Assembly: GCA_949373235.1 (NCBI GenBank)
Contig: CASICQ010000006.1
Span: forward strand, 4,358-68,357
DNA length: 64,000 nt
Direction: 5' to 3'
From: Candidatus Poseidoniaceae archaeon
GTDB taxonomy: Archaea > Thermoplasmatota > Poseidoniia > Poseidoniales > Poseidoniaceae
This document shows positions 1-8,423 of the stretch, piece by piece (positions within the stretch are counted from its first letter, which is position 1; every line of letters begins with the position of its first letter). A model generated the notes under the pieces. That model worked only from the letters and a program-made list of their open reading frames with translations, did no database searches and was not told where the DNA came from. The position numbers and the translations under genes were made by a program.

Positions 1-630
1 ACTCTTGCTGCTGTGGCCTCAGTCCTTTCACGAATTGTCATTGTTTTGACAAATCTGGAGGTGGTCGAAATCCCTGACACCCCCTATATCGTTTCAGAAC
101 TCATTCGAAAGTTTGCACCGTTTGTAATTTCGGGGCTTCTCTTTGTAGGCACCATAATTTACATGATCATCAACCCAGGAACGGCGATGTTAGAAAGCCC
201 AGAATCACCTTGGAATCCAGTTTTGGAGCCATCGTTTGGATCTCATTGGCCGTTCCAATTCTAACAACAATCCTAACGTTCTATGAAATCGAATTCATGC
301 CCTAAGATTCTACTCGGAACCATTCAACAGCAACGAGTGCAGTGGATTCTTTGACACATGAGTCCACAAATCACAGCAGACCAGCCAGCATATCCCCGAG
401 AATGAGCAAGGTAATGGGTAACAGCATGAGTTCTATCCCAACGATGAACTTTTGCCATGGTTCAAGTTCGGACCATTTTTCTTTACCATGGAATTTAGCA
501 AACACGTCAATGAGTCCCATGATGTGAGGACGGTTCCTGTTCGCTTGAACTTTATTGCTTATGGTAAGAGGTTTGATGTGACTGCTGTGCGCGAACATAA
601 CCTCAAAGTAAAGGACTGGTTTTTCGTGGT

Positions 631-1140
631 ATGGACAAAGAATACACTCGCCGATTGAGTGTAGCACATTCCGAAACCTTTGATCTCAACCGCTCAGCAT
701 TGTGGGCCATGATCAGTACCCCTGGTATTCTCGAAAAGTGCCATCCTTTTTGCCGAACAAATGCTGTTCAAACATGGAACGACAACGAACACACAGACAC
801 TCTTGTTTACCTCAATGGTCGTACGTACGTCCGTCGTTTTCAAACATGGTCCGAAGGCCGAGGTTACACCCTGCTGATCGGGGAAAAAGGGGGCGCACAA
901 TCGTATGTAGAATGGCAAATTGAGACCCAAGAAAAGGATACATGTCGATTGACCATCACCGTTTACCCGTATATTCTTGCTCGTATTCCATCCCTCCTGG
1001 CGAGGATACCCCATGCACTATGGGTGCGACCACGGCTGGAAACCTACCTCAAATCGGTGATCTTGGGCTTCCAATACTACACTAAAAACCAGAGAAATGT
1101 CCCACGAAACCACTTTGGTCGTCACCCTTGGTTTTCTTGA
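631..1140 (+). CDS. SRPBCC (START/Bet v1-like, polyketide cyclase/dehydrase-like) domain protein
   Basis: 169-aa ORF. Size and hydrophobic-pocket pattern fit the SRPBCC fold. No catalytic motif recognised. Confidence 0.45.
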   Translation: MDKEYTRRLSVAHSETFDLNRSALWAMISTPGILEKCHPFCRTNAVQTWNDNEHTDTLVYLNGRTYVRRFQTWSEGRGYTLLIGEKGGAQSYVEWQIETQEKDTCRLTITVYPYILARIPSLLARIPHALWVRPRLETYLKSVILGFQYYTKNQRNVPRNHFGRHPWFS

Positions 1141-1279
1141 TTCATTCTGATCCAATCGGTTCGTTTGGTTGTTCTGGATATTTTTCCCCCCTAACTTTGA
1201 TTCGTTCATGGTCAGCAAACGGGTGAACGCTTATGATTGCATGTGGCTTGCTTGGGCCATGGTAGTCGATCTGGAAAAG

Positions 1280-1714
1280 ATGACCGTCATCGAATTGAAG
1301 TCCCTCCTAAGGGAAAAAGGCCTTCTCGTCTCCGGAAATAAGACCGCTTTGATCGAGCGCCTAACGAACCATCAACCTGAACCTTCGGTGTGGGAATCGA
1401 ATGAGGCGGACGAAGAAGGGCCCTCTGAAGGCAAGTTTAGGGAACTTAACTGTTCCAGTTGTGATGTCATTCTCCGTGTTCCAATCGATTACAATGGTAT
1501 GATTGCATGCCCGACGTGTTCAACCAAACAAGATTCACGCGGCACGAAATCTCCTTCACCATTTGGCGATAATGGCCTGACTCCTCAACAGATATCCGCA
1601 TGCATGATGATCATTGGATTGGCCATAGGCATCGCTGCTGTGTGGATGATTGTAAGCGAATGGAATTTGTTTTGGGATTGTGAATTGGATTACCTCGAAC
1701 GCTGTAGAGTCTGA
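1280..1714 (+). CDS. SAP-domain protein with C4 zinc ribbon and C-terminal TM helix
   Basis: ORF 1169..1714. The ATG at 1280 gives MTVIELKSLLREKGLLVSGNKTALIERL, a near-canonical SAP motif (LxxLxVxELRxxLxxRGLxxxGxKxxLIxRL). Followed by CSSC-x17-CPTC and a hydrophobic C-terminus. Confidence 0.5.
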   Translation: MTVIELKSLLREKGLLVSGNKTALIERLTNHQPEPSVWESNEADEEGPSEGKFRELNCSSCDVILRVPIDYNGMIACPTCSTKQDSRGTKSPSPFGDNGLTPQQISACMMIIGLAIGIAAVWMIVSEWNLFWDCELDYLERCRV

Positions 1715-1742
1715 GGAAAGGGGCTGCGGCCAAGGTACCTTC

Positions 1743-2051
1743 ATGACAACAATGTTTACTTCGTGCTGCCTTCTTTTACCGATTGGATTCTTCCTGGGTA
1801 TGTTTGGCTACAACATAATGGAAAACCAAAACTCGGTTACAATGGGCGTCATGCCAACCGCCGGACCAATCGATCCTTCGGAACCCAGCACTGTTCCACA
1901 GGCACCTATTCCTCAAACTGCCGCTTTCGGAAAGGCCCTCCAGGCAACAGCAGTTGGATACGGTGTAGGGGTTGCGACAGTGGGCGCCATTATTGCAACT
2001 GGTATTGCCCTTATTGGCATACTTGTGCTGCTTTTGTTCTTCTCGTATTAG
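1743..2051 (+). CDS. small Gly/Ala-rich membrane protein, hypothetical
   Basis: ORF 1680..2051 with the ATG at 1743. Two predicted TM helices and a Pro-rich linker. No homology recognised. Confidence 0.3.
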   Translation: MTTMFTSCCLLLPIGFFLGMFGYNIMENQNSVTMGVMPTAGPIDPSEPSTVPQAPIPQTAAFGKALQATAVGYGVGVATVGAIIATGIALIGILVLLLFFSY

Positions 2052-2164
2052 TCAGAACCTTTGACGTCACCCCGATTTGGCAGTTGAGGGTTGGCTGAAT
2101 CCCTACATTGCAACCCTCCACGGCCTCGGATTGAACAAGGGTTGCGTTCAAATACAGTCGGTTG

Positions 2165-2489
2165 TAGGCTCATACGGGATAGGTGGGGAGCTAGACGTAC
2201 CCTGCACCACAAATCGTCTTTACGGTGGACCGAACGCCTCTGGGCGGCGAAAGCGGCCTTTTGGTTTCCATATGCGGACATTGATGTCTCGCCCCTACAT
2301 GACTCGGGTGTCGAGAACTGTTCCCGGAGGGGAACAGGGACCGAATAACTGGGGGAACAGGTCAGGCCGGGAACGGAGCAGCCCTACCTAGGGCCATGAG
2401 TGCTGTGGGGTAACGGGATGGAGGAAGTGTATGGGCTTGGCCAGAAGGAACGAGCGTCCACCTCAGGCCCTCCCACTCTTCTATTTTTT
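2165..2489 (+). ncRNA. ffs: signal recognition particle RNA (7S/SRP RNA)
   Basis: CAGGUCAGGCCGGGAACGGAGCAGCC at about 2362-2387 is the conserved SRP RNA helix-8/domain-IV motif (compare E. coli 4.5S CAGGUCAGGUCCGGAAGGAAGCAGCC). The region is GC-rich, has stops in all frames and no credible ORF. It ends in an oligo-T run at 2484-2489. An AT-rich TATA-like element lies at 2147-2155. The 5' end is uncertain by about 50 nt. Confidence 0.6.
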
Positions 2490-2982
2490 AGATGTCAAAG
2501 ACGACGTCTGCAATCCAACCAGGGCCTTCGAAATTGGGAACTTCCTCCCACATTGACTGCGCGGTTTTGCCATGTTCAACCTTGAAAATTTGGAGTTCGT
2601 GAGTGGTCACGGCTTTGATTTCCACCTCTTGCTCAACTTCATCTGCGTTGACCCAAGAGACTGAACCATGAGCCTGTAGTTCACCGTTCTCTTCTCGCAG
2701 CAGGACGCTGCATGAGACGCACCATTGACGGTGAACTTCAGAACGATAAAGAACTTCTTCGAGCCAGTGAACCAGGAGCAACTCTTGATCGCCAGCAGTG
2801 GTCGGTAGGGCAACATTCCATTGTGCGGAATGGCGAACCAGTTCGTCGCTTTTTCCTGCGGAAGCTGATGAGATCAGTATGTGTTGCATCCCCAATGTCA
2901 CTTCGTCAAATAATCTAGAAGGGGAGCGGGCAAAGGCTCGCAGACCTATATCTGCAGTTGTGGGGCGCGGCCATGCACTCAT
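2488..2982 (-). CDS. archease (RtcB tRNA-ligase activator)
   Basis: 164 aa. The N-terminal TADIGLRAF matches the archease signature (H)TADIG(I/L)(R/K)A. The size is typical. Confidence 0.7.
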   Translation of the reverse strand: MSAWPRPTTADIGLRAFARSPSRLFDEVTLGMQHILISSASAGKSDELVRHSAQWNVALPTTAGDQELLLVHWLEEVLYRSEVHRQWCVSCSVLLREENGELQAHGSVSWVNADEVEQEVEIKAVTTHELQIFKVEHGKTAQSMWEEVPNFEGPGWIADVVFDI

Positions 2983-2991
2983 GGTTTCACC

Positions 2992-4053
2992 TCAGCGCTT
3001 GGAAATTTGCAGGTTCCATGTCATTTCACCTATCCGATCGACGAGGTCTTCACGGCTTAGGGAGAACGCTTCGGTGCGCTCGGCACCTAGAATGCATTCA
3101 CACGCTGCGTTTGCAAGCAAAGCAGTGTTTTGCACAGAGAAAGATTTGGAAATAGCAACCGCAATCGCAACCGCTGCCGCATCAATCAATCCGATCATTT
3201 GCCTCAAATCATCCAAGGTACATGGAGCGTGTACTGTTTCTTCTTCTGCGGAATAGATGGTGACGCCAGCTTCACCCGACAGCACGACCAGATGCTTCCA
3301 GTTGTGCTGTTCTATGAGTTTTTGTGCAGCATCAGATCCTGTCGCACTGCCAAGCCTTCGGCGCATCAACTCAAGCCCTTGAGCCTGAAATAAAATCCAA
3401 TCCACACCATGAGTTCGGTGCAACCCCGTGAGTTTTGGGTCGGCAATGATCGGTACTTTCTTTTCTAAAGCCCGTTTAATCATCCTGTCAGCACCCGTAT
3501 CGTTGACAACACCTTGTCCGTAATCTGATAGGATGACAACTTTTGCGTCCTCCAATTCACCAATGGCTTGGTCGTAGAGGGCCACAGCCGCAACTTCGGG
3601 TACTGGGTTATCGTCTTCAATGTCCCATCGGAGCAAAAGTTGTTCTTCTTGGACAAGGCTTTCTCGCGTGGCAAGTAATCGGGTTTTGACCGTTGTAATA
3701 CGGCCTTCAACAATGGCAATTCCACCAGTCGTGACGCCTTCTTCATCGAGGGCGTCCAAAATGCTGAGACCAGCCCTGTCATCGCCAACGACGCCAAACA
3801 AGTGACTCTCCAACCCCATCGAGTTGAGACCGCGTGCTACGTGTGCGGCAGCACCAACATCTTCCTCTCGCATTGTTTCACGGAGCACAGGAACCGGTGC
3901 CCGAGAGTTGAGGTTGTTTGCATATCCATGAATGTAGCAATCCATGATGACGTCTCCAATGAGGACGACTTTTGAATTGTCTACCTGCTTCAGTTCGCGT
4001 TTTAGATTGGTCAATTGGTCGTGAACTTCAACTTCTTCATCAGACATTCCCAT
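2992..4053 (-). CDS. PfkB/ribokinase-family sugar kinase (RfaE/HldE kinase-domain-like)
   Basis: 353 aa. N-terminal KVVLIGDVIMDCY..APVPV resembles the ADP-heptose synthase kinase domain. Ribokinase-like fold length. Confidence 0.55.
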   Translation of the reverse strand: MGMSDEEVEVHDQLTNLKRELKQVDNSKVVLIGDVIMDCYIHGYANNLNSRAPVPVLRETMREEDVGAAAHVARGLNSMGLESHLFGVVGDDRAGLSILDALDEEGVTTGGIAIVEGRITTVKTRLLATRESLVQEEQLLLRWDIEDDNPVPEVAAVALYDQAIGELEDAKVVILSDYGQGVVNDTGADRMIKRALEKKVPIIADPKLTGLHRTHGVDWILFQAQGLELMRRRLGSATGSDAAQKLIEQHNWKHLVVLSGEAGVTIYSAEEETVHAPCTLDDLRQMIGLIDAAAVAIAVAISKSFSVQNTALLANAACECILGAERTEAFSLSREDLVDRIGEMTWNLQISKR

Positions 4054-4065
4054 GTGTATTCCTCC

Positions 4066-5130
4066 TTATTCATTGACGCCGTCGCGCAGCTCCGCCAACA
4101 GCGTCGCATGTTGTGAGTCCGATACATCAAGGGACCTTCGCAACGTTTGGAGGATCGCCTCTTCATCTGCCGTAATGATTCCATCAAGCATTGCAGTAAT
4201 CAAGGATTTTCGGTATGTTTCCACATTTTCGGAACGAAGTGGAGATGTTTTGGCTTCAGAAAGCAATTTGTCATGCATAAGACGGTCGAAGCCAAAAGCG
4301 GTTCGGAATGTTTCCAGCAAAGCGATTTCATCGTCAACGAGTTGCCCATCGATCAAGGCTTGTCGCAGCATGTCCAAGTAAATCTCTTCTGGTGGTGGTG
4401 CTTTTTGTTCGCGTCTCGCTTCATTCGAAAGCCTTCGAACTCGTTCAGGGTGCATGCCTAAAAATTCGACAACTTCCTGCAAAAGAGATTGTTCATCTTT
4501 GGTGATCTTTCCGTCTTCCCAAGCCCGTGCAAAGAGCCTGCGTACGAGGCTCTCCCCCGCCTGAGCATCGAGAGAAGCAACGCCCTCTGGATTGGAGACT
4601 GGTGAAACGACGGGTTGGGCATGAAAATTCATGGCTTCATCCAAATGTGAGAGCAGCTCAAGGGTGGGCTGACCGCCCTTTCTCATCTCAAGGAGTGTCT
4701 TCGTCGCTCCATCGGTTCGCACCTCTTGCGCTAAAATCTGGCTCCGAAGTGCCTCGGCTGTCATTCGACCAGCGGGCGATAGACCGTACACCTGTCGGCG
4801 TTGTTTGCCGCCCGGGACGTGCCGTTTTGCCTTGACGATGTCCCCCCTTTCCTCGAGGCGTTTGAGGGTTCGAGGAACGTGCTTGCGTTGAACATGAACA
4901 GCTGCGGATATACCTGCTTGAGTTACAGCAGCAGGAGCCTCCCACTCTCCTTCAGGAAGTCGATGGTCCAGCAGGTGCAAAAGCATCCGCTGTTCGGTTG
5001 TCAATGAACCGAGATACCCGTCAACCACTTTCGCTCCCCTGTTGCTTGTCAGCGCCCATAGCACATAGGACAATCGGTTGACCAACGAACTCAAATGAAG
5101 CGTTCGCAACGCAGGACCATGGGGCGGCAC
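4066..5130 (-). CDS. winged-helix transcriptional regulator with three C-terminal TerB-like (tellurite-resistance/DjlA-N-like) repeats
   Basis: 354 aa. The GTG start at 5130 follows the ORF track. N-terminal MarR/PadR-like wHTH (LTTEQRMLLHLL ... GISAAVHVQRKHVPRTLKRLEERGDIVK). Three repeats of DGxIxxDExxLLxxxxxxxG. Confidence 0.5.
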   Translation of the reverse strand: MPPHGPALRTLHLSSLVNRLSYVLWALTSNRGAKVVDGYLGSLTTEQRMLLHLLDHRLPEGEWEAPAAVTQAGISAAVHVQRKHVPRTLKRLEERGDIVKAKRHVPGGKQRRQVYGLSPAGRMTAEALRSQILAQEVRTDGATKTLLEMRKGGQPTLELLSHLDEAMNFHAQPVVSPVSNPEGVASLDAQAGESLVRRLFARAWEDGKITKDEQSLLQEVVEFLGMHPERVRRLSNEARREQKAPPPEEIYLDMLRQALIDGQLVDDEIALLETFRTAFGFDRLMHDKLLSEAKTSPLRSENVETYRKSLITAMLDGIITADEEAILQTLRRSLDVSDSQHATLLAELRDGVNE

Positions 5131-5205
5131 AAGAGAACCTTCACCCCACGCGTGCGCACAACGCGACCGCTTGGCACCTCATTGACACCAAATCAAGCAC
5201 CAAGC

Positions 5206-6228
5206 ATGCCTCTCCCTCCACCGTACAAGAAAAATGACGGGTGGTACATTGAAGCACCTTTAGCATCGCGTTTGCATCAAAAAAGCGCCCTCGGTCGGAC
5301 GGATTCTGACGGTGGTGTGTTCATGACTCATGAAGAAATTCTGTTCTGCCACTGGCATCGCCACCTCCCCTTACCGAGCGATGAGTGGTTTTCTGAATCC
5401 CTCAAAAACGATCCTGATTTGGTTGCTCGCTCTGTTGCGTTCGACGTGGCGAGGAGCGGCGGGGAACTTGTTGTCCCCGTTGAAAACATTACCCAAAAAC
5501 GTGGATTTACGATTGGTTCAACCACTTGGGCGCTTCGCTGGAACCGTGAACAAAATTTCACCAAAGAAGACCCGGTAGCCCATGTTCGTTGGGCCTGGAC
5601 GACCGACGATGTGGATTGGGTGGAAATGGAACAATGGACTCGAAGCGTCATCGAAAACGGAATGATCGCTGAATTATTTGTTGTCGATGAAGAACTCGAT
5701 GTCACCATGTATCGACTGAGTTTTGCTGAAATCAGCGGCAACCAAACCACGTGGTCTCAACTCGATGAATCATCTCGAACTCACCTTGCAGAATATTGGA
5801 CCACACGAATCAAACGAGGCGAGGGTTGGTACATTCCTTTGACGGGAACATGGCCATGGCCCTCTTTGGGAGTCGAACACCAATCTGGACGCCACCTGCG
5901 CTTAGAAGAAGGTGAATGGTTAGCCGAATGCCTCGAATCAAACTCAATCCCCCCGCACCTCCATCTCTATGATGATTTGATGCGACGTGGCGTGGTTTTG
6001 CGTCCTGGATTCAAGTACGGAAGTCAATGGAGGATTTATGATGCAGCGGTTGGAGAGACTCATGCTCCTTGGTTGCTTTTACCTTTGGAGCGAGCCCCTG
6101 TTACATGGAACGCAGCGTGCCTGGCGGTTCGCTTAGCAGAAGGTGTTCACAAGTCATGGATTTGTGCGCTCAGGATGAATGATGAATGGTCGTACCTGCA
6201 AGTTCAACGTTGGCTTCCAGGCCGTTGA
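5206..6228 (+). CDS. endA: tRNA-splicing endonuclease EndA (long, two-repeat form)
   Basis: C-terminal LMRRGVVLRPGFKYGSQWRIY...HAPWLLLP matches the EndA catalytic motif (RG..V..G.K(F/Y)G.D(F/W).(V/I)Y ... HS..LV). The ORF opens at 5095 (ATG). Alternative ATGs are 5206 and 5323; the start is uncertain. Confidence 0.7.
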   Translation: MPLPPPYKKNDGWYIEAPLASRLHQKSALGRTDSDGGVFMTHEEILFCHWHRHLPLPSDEWFSESLKNDPDLVARSVAFDVARSGGELVVPVENITQKRGFTIGSTTWALRWNREQNFTKEDPVAHVRWAWTTDDVDWVEMEQWTRSVIENGMIAELFVVDEELDVTMYRLSFAEISGNQTTWSQLDESSRTHLAEYWTTRIKRGEGWYIPLTGTWPWPSLGVEHQSGRHLRLEEGEWLAECLESNSIPPHLHLYDDLMRRGVVLRPGFKYGSQWRIYDAAVGETHAPWLLLPLERAPVTWNAACLAVRLAEGVHKSWICALRMNDEWSYLQVQRWLPGR

Positions 6229-8346
6229 TCAGTCGAAATTATCCACTGGCCGACCCCATGGGTCCTGAATTTCTTCAAAGACCTTGGATTCAGTTTCATG
6301 GGCAACCACTGGATTTGGTTCACCATCAGGAGAGGGTTTTGGTTTCTTTTTTCGCTCGGTCATTCCAAGCAAGACCCAGACGGCAGCGACAAGACCAACA
6401 AGGCCGAGTATGCGTCCGGGTGTTCGCCATTCTTCAAGTGAAGAAGGTTCTTCAGTTTGTGCCGTGAATTCCAGTTCATACATCCAACGGTGGCCGTTTG
6501 AATCAATCAACACGAGTTCACCGCGCACTCGCATTCCATTTTCCAGAAGGTTGTTTGGTGCAATCTGAACCTCAAGTTCATCTTCCCCTGTAAGCGTAAT
6601 ACGATCTTCGATGGTTGCAACCCGTGACATTGGCCCGTCCAAATCCAGTGTGAATGATTGAGATCCAGTTCCAGTCGATTCGATTGGCAGCATGATGGTG
6701 CTTTTTTGGTTGGTTAGAAGGGTGCCTGTGACCAAGTTTTCAACCGGAATGCGGGCTAACGTTAGGACTTTTGTGGAAAGGTCCAGCGTGCCAATTCCGC
6801 ATGTGATCGTTCCTTGCAGTATCGATTCAGAATTAGCGGTCCCATTCCATCCAAATTGCAGTGAGACATCGGTGGTTCCGGGTGTCAAGTTTCTGGGTTC
6901 CAAGACGATACCTCGCCCGTCGGTCAGGGTGAGTGAATGGTTGAGGGTGCAGGGCGCTTCTGTCTGCATTGTGAACATCAACGGTTCGCTTGGTAAAAGC
7001 ACAGCACCAAAATCGGGCCCGTTTGCGCTGAAACCTGGGGTGCAATTCGCAGCAGAAAATTGGAGGGAGAGGTTTTCTTCACCGCTTACGGTTGCAGTCC
7101 AAGGCACCAAGAAGCCATCATGGTCCCGAATAAGTACGCCTTGGGCCCCAAAGGAGGTGCCATTGGTGAATAAATCACTGGCTTCACCATCGTTGGTACC
7201 TTTCCTTAAATCATCGCGCCCATCGGCTTCCAAGACAGCCAACCACGGTTGATCGGCGTCCCTGTTGAGTTCGTTCCTTTCTTCATCGCCCACACTCCTG
7301 TCTTGCATGGTGACAAGAATCCCATGGCCCGGAAGATGCGAATCAAATCCAAAATCCGTTCGATGTTCAATCCAAATGACTTGCTGTTCCTCCTCTTGAA
7401 TTCGCAACGCAAGACCACCTTCGCTCATCCCTACCATTTCCACCGTTGGTCCAACGCATGGAGCAACGCTCGAAGAGGGCCATGTCAAATCCATTGTGGA
7501 GCTACGTTGGAGGCCAATCAATTCCAGCGAAGCAGCGGTCGGCAATGCGGGCCATGCTCCACCTCCGTTCCAATTCCCACTCGCCATGATGTCCCAATTT
7601 CCGACGCCTTGCCAGTCGCTTTGCGGGTTTGCTTCATGCACTGGATAAAGGTCAAGAGCGCCCATTTGATGCATCATTTCGTGAAGAATAATACCTGTGC
7701 CGCTTGACCCAGTACGAAGGCTTGCCATCGTGTAATGGCCGACAGTATACCCTTCTGCGACTGGTATTGGGTCTTCAAACCGTGTAAAATGGCTCCAAAT
7801 TTTATTGGTTTGGCCGGGTGTTTCTTCTTGTCCTTTTGTGGTGTGCAGAATCAACAAGCGGTCGATAATGCCATCTGAATTGAGATCGAATTGGGACCAA
7901 TTGACATCGCTTGCATGATCCAACACGACTTCTTCGGCCAAGCGAACGGGTTGGAATTGACCTGATGCGTCAGTGTCCCTGTTCCCCCCAACATCAGTCC
8001 CGTACGATTCCATCGGGTTTATTGCCGTCGTCACCTTTTGATCGACAACAACATTGAGTTGACTTTGATTGCCTGAAACTTGCCCGATGTAAGCAGTTGC
8101 AACATCGTCAAGGAGGTACTGAGCTTGCTCTGGACCCCATGCTTCGCTTGCACGATCGGATTGGAAGTCAGCAAGAAGAACAAGCCAAGTTTCGTTGTTC
8201 TGCATCCCGAGAAGCGGCTGTTCTTCGGATTCAGTAGAAATTTGGTTTTCGCGGACCCAATCGTTGACAGTTTCCTCATTTGAAAACGCCCAACTGCTCG
8301 CCAAGAGAAGAGCCACCATCAAGGGGACACCAATTCTTGGGTTCAT
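6229..8346 (-). CDS. secreted zinc metallopeptidase, M6 (immune inhibitor A)-like, C-terminal TM anchor
   Basis: 705 aa. Signal peptide MNPRIGVPLMVALLLASSWA. HEMMHQMGALDLYP fits the M6 motif HExxHxLGLPDLYD. C-terminal TM helix followed by a Lys-rich tail. Confidence 0.6.
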   Translation of the reverse strand: MNPRIGVPLMVALLLASSWAFSNEETVNDWVRENQISTESEEQPLLGMQNNETWLVLLADFQSDRASEAWGPEQAQYLLDDVATAYIGQVSGNQSQLNVVVDQKVTTAINPMESYGTDVGGNRDTDASGQFQPVRLAEEVVLDHASDVNWSQFDLNSDGIIDRLLILHTTKGQEETPGQTNKIWSHFTRFEDPIPVAEGYTVGHYTMASLRTGSSGTGIILHEMMHQMGALDLYPVHEANPQSDWQGVGNWDIMASGNWNGGGAWPALPTAASLELIGLQRSSTMDLTWPSSSVAPCVGPTVEMVGMSEGGLALRIQEEEQQVIWIEHRTDFGFDSHLPGHGILVTMQDRSVGDEERNELNRDADQPWLAVLEADGRDDLRKGTNDGEASDLFTNGTSFGAQGVLIRDHDGFLVPWTATVSGEENLSLQFSAANCTPGFSANGPDFGAVLLPSEPLMFTMQTEAPCTLNHSLTLTDGRGIVLEPRNLTPGTTDVSLQFGWNGTANSESILQGTITCGIGTLDLSTKVLTLARIPVENLVTGTLLTNQKSTIMLPIESTGTGSQSFTLDLDGPMSRVATIEDRITLTGEDELEVQIAPNNLLENGMRVRGELVLIDSNGHRWMYELEFTAQTEEPSSLEEWRTPGRILGLVGLVAAVWVLLGMTERKKKPKPSPDGEPNPVVAHETESKVFEEIQDPWGRPVDNFD

Positions 8347-8423
8347 GGCTTAACCTCCCTACCATTTGGTTTGAATCCTTGTGTGCATTGACCCTCTGGA
8401 CTCGTAATTTACTTCCAAGGATC

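Noticed and set aside
371-667. 98-aa minus-strand ORF and 13..264 plus-strand ORF at the window start
   Set aside because: No recognisable motifs. They overlap the SRPBCC gene start or each other, and coding status cannot be judged by eye. Not reported as features.
2077-2391. ORFs 2077..2391(+), 2091..2348(+) and 2048..2281(-)
   Set aside because: They overlie the SRP RNA conserved helix-8 motif and a GC-rich structured region. They are treated as non-coding.
4052-4505. ORFs 4052..4381, 4147..4461 and 4308..4505 on the plus strand
   Set aside because: Antisense to the wHTH-TerB regulator gene. No support.
6692-7707. Several 70-190-aa ORFs antisense or out of frame within the M6 peptidase gene
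   Set aside because: Shadow ORFs inside a 705-aa gene with signal peptide and HExxH motif.
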